Shown one piece after another: positions 17,537 to 20,000 of a stretch of 20,000 nucleotides of DNA (position 1 is its first letter; each line of letters begins with the position of its first letter). The notes below the pieces were generated by a model that was not told the DNA's origin, ran no database searches, and was given only the letters and a program-made list of their open reading frames with translations. This DNA comes from an uncultured virus (IMG/VR IMGVR_UViG_3300021499_000001). Its lineage: Duplodnaviria; Heunggongvirae; Uroviricota; Caudoviricetes. Position numbers and translations under genes: made by a program. The stretch is taken from IMG/VR virus record IMGVR_UViG_3300021499_000001, one strand, 5' to 3'.

Positions 17537-18447
17537 AAAAGATAATTTTTATAATATTAATTATGGCGGTGGTTTCCATATCACAGATTATTAGCGTTGG
17601 TGAGAATAGAGCTATTATCAACTTTGGTTCTTATGAAGGCGCGAAACTGTTGATCTATGATGATGTCCATGAGCTGTATTGGTATGACGGTTCTTGGAGC
17701 AGTGATCCCAATGAATTGGGAGGTTATACATCAATACGGTATCCTATGGAAATAACGGGGTTGGTACCGGGCAGGAAGTATTGTTTGAAGGTAGTTGGAT
17801 TATCGGGTACTGCTTATAATGCACTTTCATCCACCTATTGTTTTAATACTCTTGTTAAACCTATCAAGAGATTTACAAGTTGGGATAGTATTTATGTGGA
17901 TATAGGTGTTTTTGATACCATAAAGGGGAATTTTATGATGTTTTTCCCTTATAATACAGAGCCACCGCATGTAAGTGGGCTTCTCTATCTAAAGAGATCT
18001 GGTGATGTTGATACGCTTATGTATTGGAATGGGATTCGTTGGGTTAAACTCATAGAGGTTGGAAGTGCAGGATTTGCCACTTTATATGATGGTTCTGGCA
18101 TCCGTGGTGGTACTTATAATGGTACGTCTGATGTGACGTGGTATATTGAGCCGAGCGCTACTATTGATACTCTCGGTGATAGTATTTTTGTTAAGGATAA
18201 TTCCATAGACAGTATAAAAATAAAAGATAAGTCAATTGCAACATCTGATATTGCACCAACGGGTAATAACGGGCAGGTATTAACAATTGATGGTGGAAAT
18301 GTTGTGTGGGGTGATGCTTCTGGTACAGCTCCAAGCGACCATGCATTTGATGTGCTTATAACTAATGAATCATTAGAGAAAGAGTGGAGAACACAGCCAG
18401 GCTTAAAGAGAGCAACGACAACAAATTTTGTTATATATAGATATTAA
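17533..18447 (+). CDS. Signal-peptide-bearing FN3 plus tail-fibre-like protein (304 aa)
   Basis: MKKIIFIILIMAVVSISQ is a basic plus hydrophobic leader. FN3 motif 'ITGLVPGRKYCLKVVG'. Fibre motifs 'LMYWNGIRWVKL', 'GSGIRGGTYNGTSDVTW', 'KDNSIDSIKIKDKSIATSDI' and 'GNNGQVLTIDGGNVVW'. Confidence 0.75.
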   Translation: MKKIIFIILIMAVVSISQIISVGENRAIINFGSYEGAKLLIYDDVHELYWYDGSWSSDPNELGGYTSIRYPMEITGLVPGRKYCLKVVGLSGTAYNALSSTYCFNTLVKPIKRFTSWDSIYVDIGVFDTIKGNFMMFFPYNTEPPHVSGLLYLKRSGDVDTLMYWNGIRWVKLIEVGSAGFATLYDGSGIRGGTYNGTSDVTWYIEPSATIDTLGDSIFVKDNSIDSIKIKDKSIATSDIAPTGNNGQVLTIDGGNVVWGDASGTAPSDHAFDVLITNESLEKEWRTQPGLKRATTTNFVIYRY

Positions 18448-18448
18448 T

Positions 18449-18455
18449 AGGAGGT
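18449..18455 (+). promoter_or_regulatory. Shine-Dalgarno site
   Basis: AGGAGGT 4 nt upstream of ATG 18460. Confidence 0.8.
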
Positions 18456-18459
18456 AATA

Positions 18460-20000
18460 ATGAAAATATTAAAAATAATAGGAGCTATCTTACTGTTGTC
18501 ATCGATGGCGTTAGGTGTTGTACCGGGCAAGCTTATGTATATGGGAAGGTTGGCTGATGCCGACAATCATGTTGTTAATGGATATGTAGAGATGAGGTTT
18601 AAGTTCTATTCAGATAGCACAGGGACAACGCCTTTTAAAACGATTGAGTTTGTTGGTGATGATTCCATTGAGGTTTCGGCAGGTTACTTCTTTGTTGTTA
18701 TGGATTTATCAGATGTTATTGATTCGCTTAATCAGACAGTGTATCTTGAGGTTGATATTTATAATAAAGGCACATCTAGTTGGGAAACATCTGCAGAGAG
18801 GGAGAGGCTTGTAGCGCAGGTGCCTTATACGATATGGGCCCGCCGATCGGCTGTTGCTGAGACTGCAAATGTTGTTGGTTCTGGTGCTGTGCAGACAAGC
18901 ATGCCTATAACAGGTGATGGCACATCTGGTAATCCAATTTCGCTTACATATGGTTCGGGGCTTACACTTTCAAGTTCGGTGCTAATTATAGACTTTGATA
19001 ATAGCACTATTGATACCAATTCATCAGGTCAGATTAGAGTTAAACCGGGTGGTATAACATCAACAGAAATTGATGATGATGTGACATTTACTAAGATTCA
19101 AAACTCATCTGGGACACTGCAGTTTGTTATTACTGATGGCAATACTGCACTACAGTTTGCAGCATCTGGGATCAATAGTGTTAGTTTTGATTCTGATAAC
19201 CATAGAGTTACATATACAGCAGAGGCTAATACCAATGTACCTATTACAGGTGATGGTTCATCCGGATCACCTATTAGTTTAAATTATGGTAATGGACTTA
19301 CATTATCAGGATCGGATCTTATTATTAATGAGAGTGATATCCCATATACACCATCGGATGTGTCTGATTGGGATGGTAGTACAGATCCTGGAAATGTGAA
19401 CGATGCATTGGATCAATTAGCTAGTAGAACTGCCAATATTGAGAGTGGTAGCAATAATAATTATATCCGCAATCAATATTCATCTGCGCAAGCAGCAAGT
19501 TTTTGGATTAATGGAAAAGGTAAAGCTAGTCAATTAATTGCTGATGATGAATTCTTATTAGGCGATGTATTAAACATCTATCTAAGTAGTGATACAGTAT
19601 ATTATGTGTCTGATTCTGTACTGTGTTTTGGTGGGGGCTTAATTATCGAAGAAGACAATGATGTGAAATTAACGGGTGATCTTTATATTCCGAATGCTAC
19701 TGTGAATACTGCAGCAAGTACATTATTAGCTATAACAAATGGCAAAGTAGAAAAAATTCTAAAGTCAAGTGTTACGGCTGGTGTGTCTTCTATTACAGGA
19801 GGACTTGGTCTAGAACCCGATGATGCATCTACAGGTGACATTACTATGACTGTTGACATGACAGAGCTTTATCTTAAAGGACTGGTAGCAACTACATATG
19901 ATTCGTTAAGGGTAAAAATAGATGGTAATACAATATGTTTTGGTGGCTCTAATGAATTACAAATTTGTTATGGTGGTATATCAACAAATCATATTAGCGA
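18460..20000 (+). CDS. Secreted trimeric-fibre/adhesin-like protein, 3'-truncated (at least 513 aa; absent from the ORF track)
   Basis: Hand translation is open to the window end: MKILKIIGAILLLSSMALG-VVPGKLMYMGRLADADNHVVNG...RERLVAQVPYTIWARRSAVAETAN...PITGDGTSGNPISLTYGSGLTL...DWDGSTDPGNVNDALDQLASR...NYIRNQYSSAQAASFWING...GVSSITGGLGL...GGISTNHIS. Strong SD and a signal peptide. Confidence 0.85.
   Translation, partial: MKILKIIGAILLLSSMALGVVPGKLMYMGRLADADNHVVNGYVEMRFKFYSDSTGTTPFKTIEFVGDDSIEVSAGYFFVVMDLSDVIDSLNQTVYLEVDIYNKGTSSWETSAERERLVAQVPYTIWARRSAVAETANVVGSGAVQTSMPITGDGTSGNPISLTYGSGLTLSSSVLIIDFDNSTIDTNSSGQIRVKPGGITSTEIDDDVTFTKIQNSSGTLQFVITDGNTALQFAASGINSVSFDSDNHRVTYTAEANTNVPITGDGSSGSPISLNYGNGLTLSGSDLIINESDIPYTPSDVSDWDGSTDPGNVNDALDQLASRTANIESGSNNNYIRNQYSSAQAASFWINGKGKASQLIADDEFLLGDVLNIYLSSDTVYYVSDSVLCFGGGLIIEEDNDVKLTGDLYIPNATVNTAASTLLAITNGKVEKILKSSVTAGVSSITGGLGLEPDDASTGDITMTVDMTELYLKGLVATTYDSLRVKIDGNTICFGGSNELQICYGGISTNHIS
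18904..19326 (+). repeat. Two-copy intragenic protein repeat (29 aa) at 18904-18990 and 19240-19326
   Basis: PITGDGTSGNPISLTYGSGLTLSSSVLII versus PITGDGSSGSPISLNYGNGLTLSGSDLII. The DNA is diverged at synonymous sites. Confidence 0.9.

Larger units (their letters stand above)
484..19640. repeat. Dispersed short GC-rich motif [GC]4+GCTT / AAGC-[GC-rich]-GCTT within coding sequence
   Basis: Examples: TAAGCGCGCGCTTA 1485-1498, AAGCCGCGGCTT 4891-4902, AAGCGCGGGCTT 6698-6709 and 15989-16000, GAAGCCGCGCTT 6794-6805 and 6881-6892, GAAGCCGGCGGGCTTC 11265-11280, GAAGCCGGCTTC 14670-14681, plus many half sites. Confidence 0.85.
1..20000 (+). mobile_element. Probable virion structural (tail/baseplate/fibre) gene module of a divergent tailed virus or provirus
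   Basis: About 21 genes all on +, near-complete coding density, pervasive start/stop overlaps, no recognisable cellular genes. Several proteins have tail-fibre motifs (GxxGQVL..W, GxGL beta-spiral-like repeats), FN3/Ig-like motifs and a baseplate-like PAG C-terminus. No hallmark capsid or terminase in the window. Confidence 0.7.

Noticed and set aside
3561..19019. All minus-strand ORFs in the track (63-115 aa)
   Set aside because: They lie entirely antisense to long coupled + strand genes and have shadow-like S/T/I-rich composition. I saw no convincing RBS.
484..19640. CRISPR array, REP/MITE or intrinsic terminator interpretation of the AAGC...GCTT motif
   Set aside because: Copies are 8-16 nt, irregularly spaced and intragenic. 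The stems are only 4-7 bp with generally no U-tract, and there is no repeat-spacer periodicity.
1..20000. Alternative genetic code (stop-codon reassignment)
   Set aside because: The standard code already gives near-complete tiling, and TAA, TGA and TAG all occur at gene ends next to or overlapping the following start.
15158..20000. Diversity-generating retroelement acting on the fibre genes
   Set aside because: No reverse transcriptase and no near-identical TR/VR pair differing at adenines was seen. The 18904/19240 repeat differs at synonymous positions of all bases. A DGR outside the window cannot be excluded.
1..20000. tRNA, rRNA, integrase, att sites, capsid or terminase genes
   Set aside because: No intergenic space is large enough for RNA genes, and no recognisable catalytic or hallmark motifs were found in the translations.

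Overview
AT-rich window (about 35-38% GC by eye) tiled almost end to end by about 21 co-oriented + strand genes. Many are joined by ATGA/TAATG/TGATG start-stop overlaps, and both end genes run off the window. I recognise no housekeeping gene, RNA gene, CRISPR array or transposase. The proteins are mostly beta-rich hypotheticals with Ig/FN3-like motifs, coiled-coil N-termini and fibre repeats, plus one C-terminally anchored membrane protein. This best fits the tail/baseplate/fibre module of a divergent tailed virus or provirus. That call is inference: no capsid, terminase, portal or sheath is recognisable here. Two things stand out. (1) A GC-rich DNA motif, [GC]4+GCTT, often completed to the inverted repeat AAGC-[GC-rich core]-GCTT, occurs dozens of times inside the genes in different reading frames, far above chance. 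(2) The last two genes encode phage-fibre-like proteins with apparent Sec signal peptides. One carries the N-terminal domain pattern of bacterial cell-surface fibre adhesins, and the pair directly continues the structural operon. The last gene (18460 to the window end) is missing from the supplied ORF track and was translated by hand.
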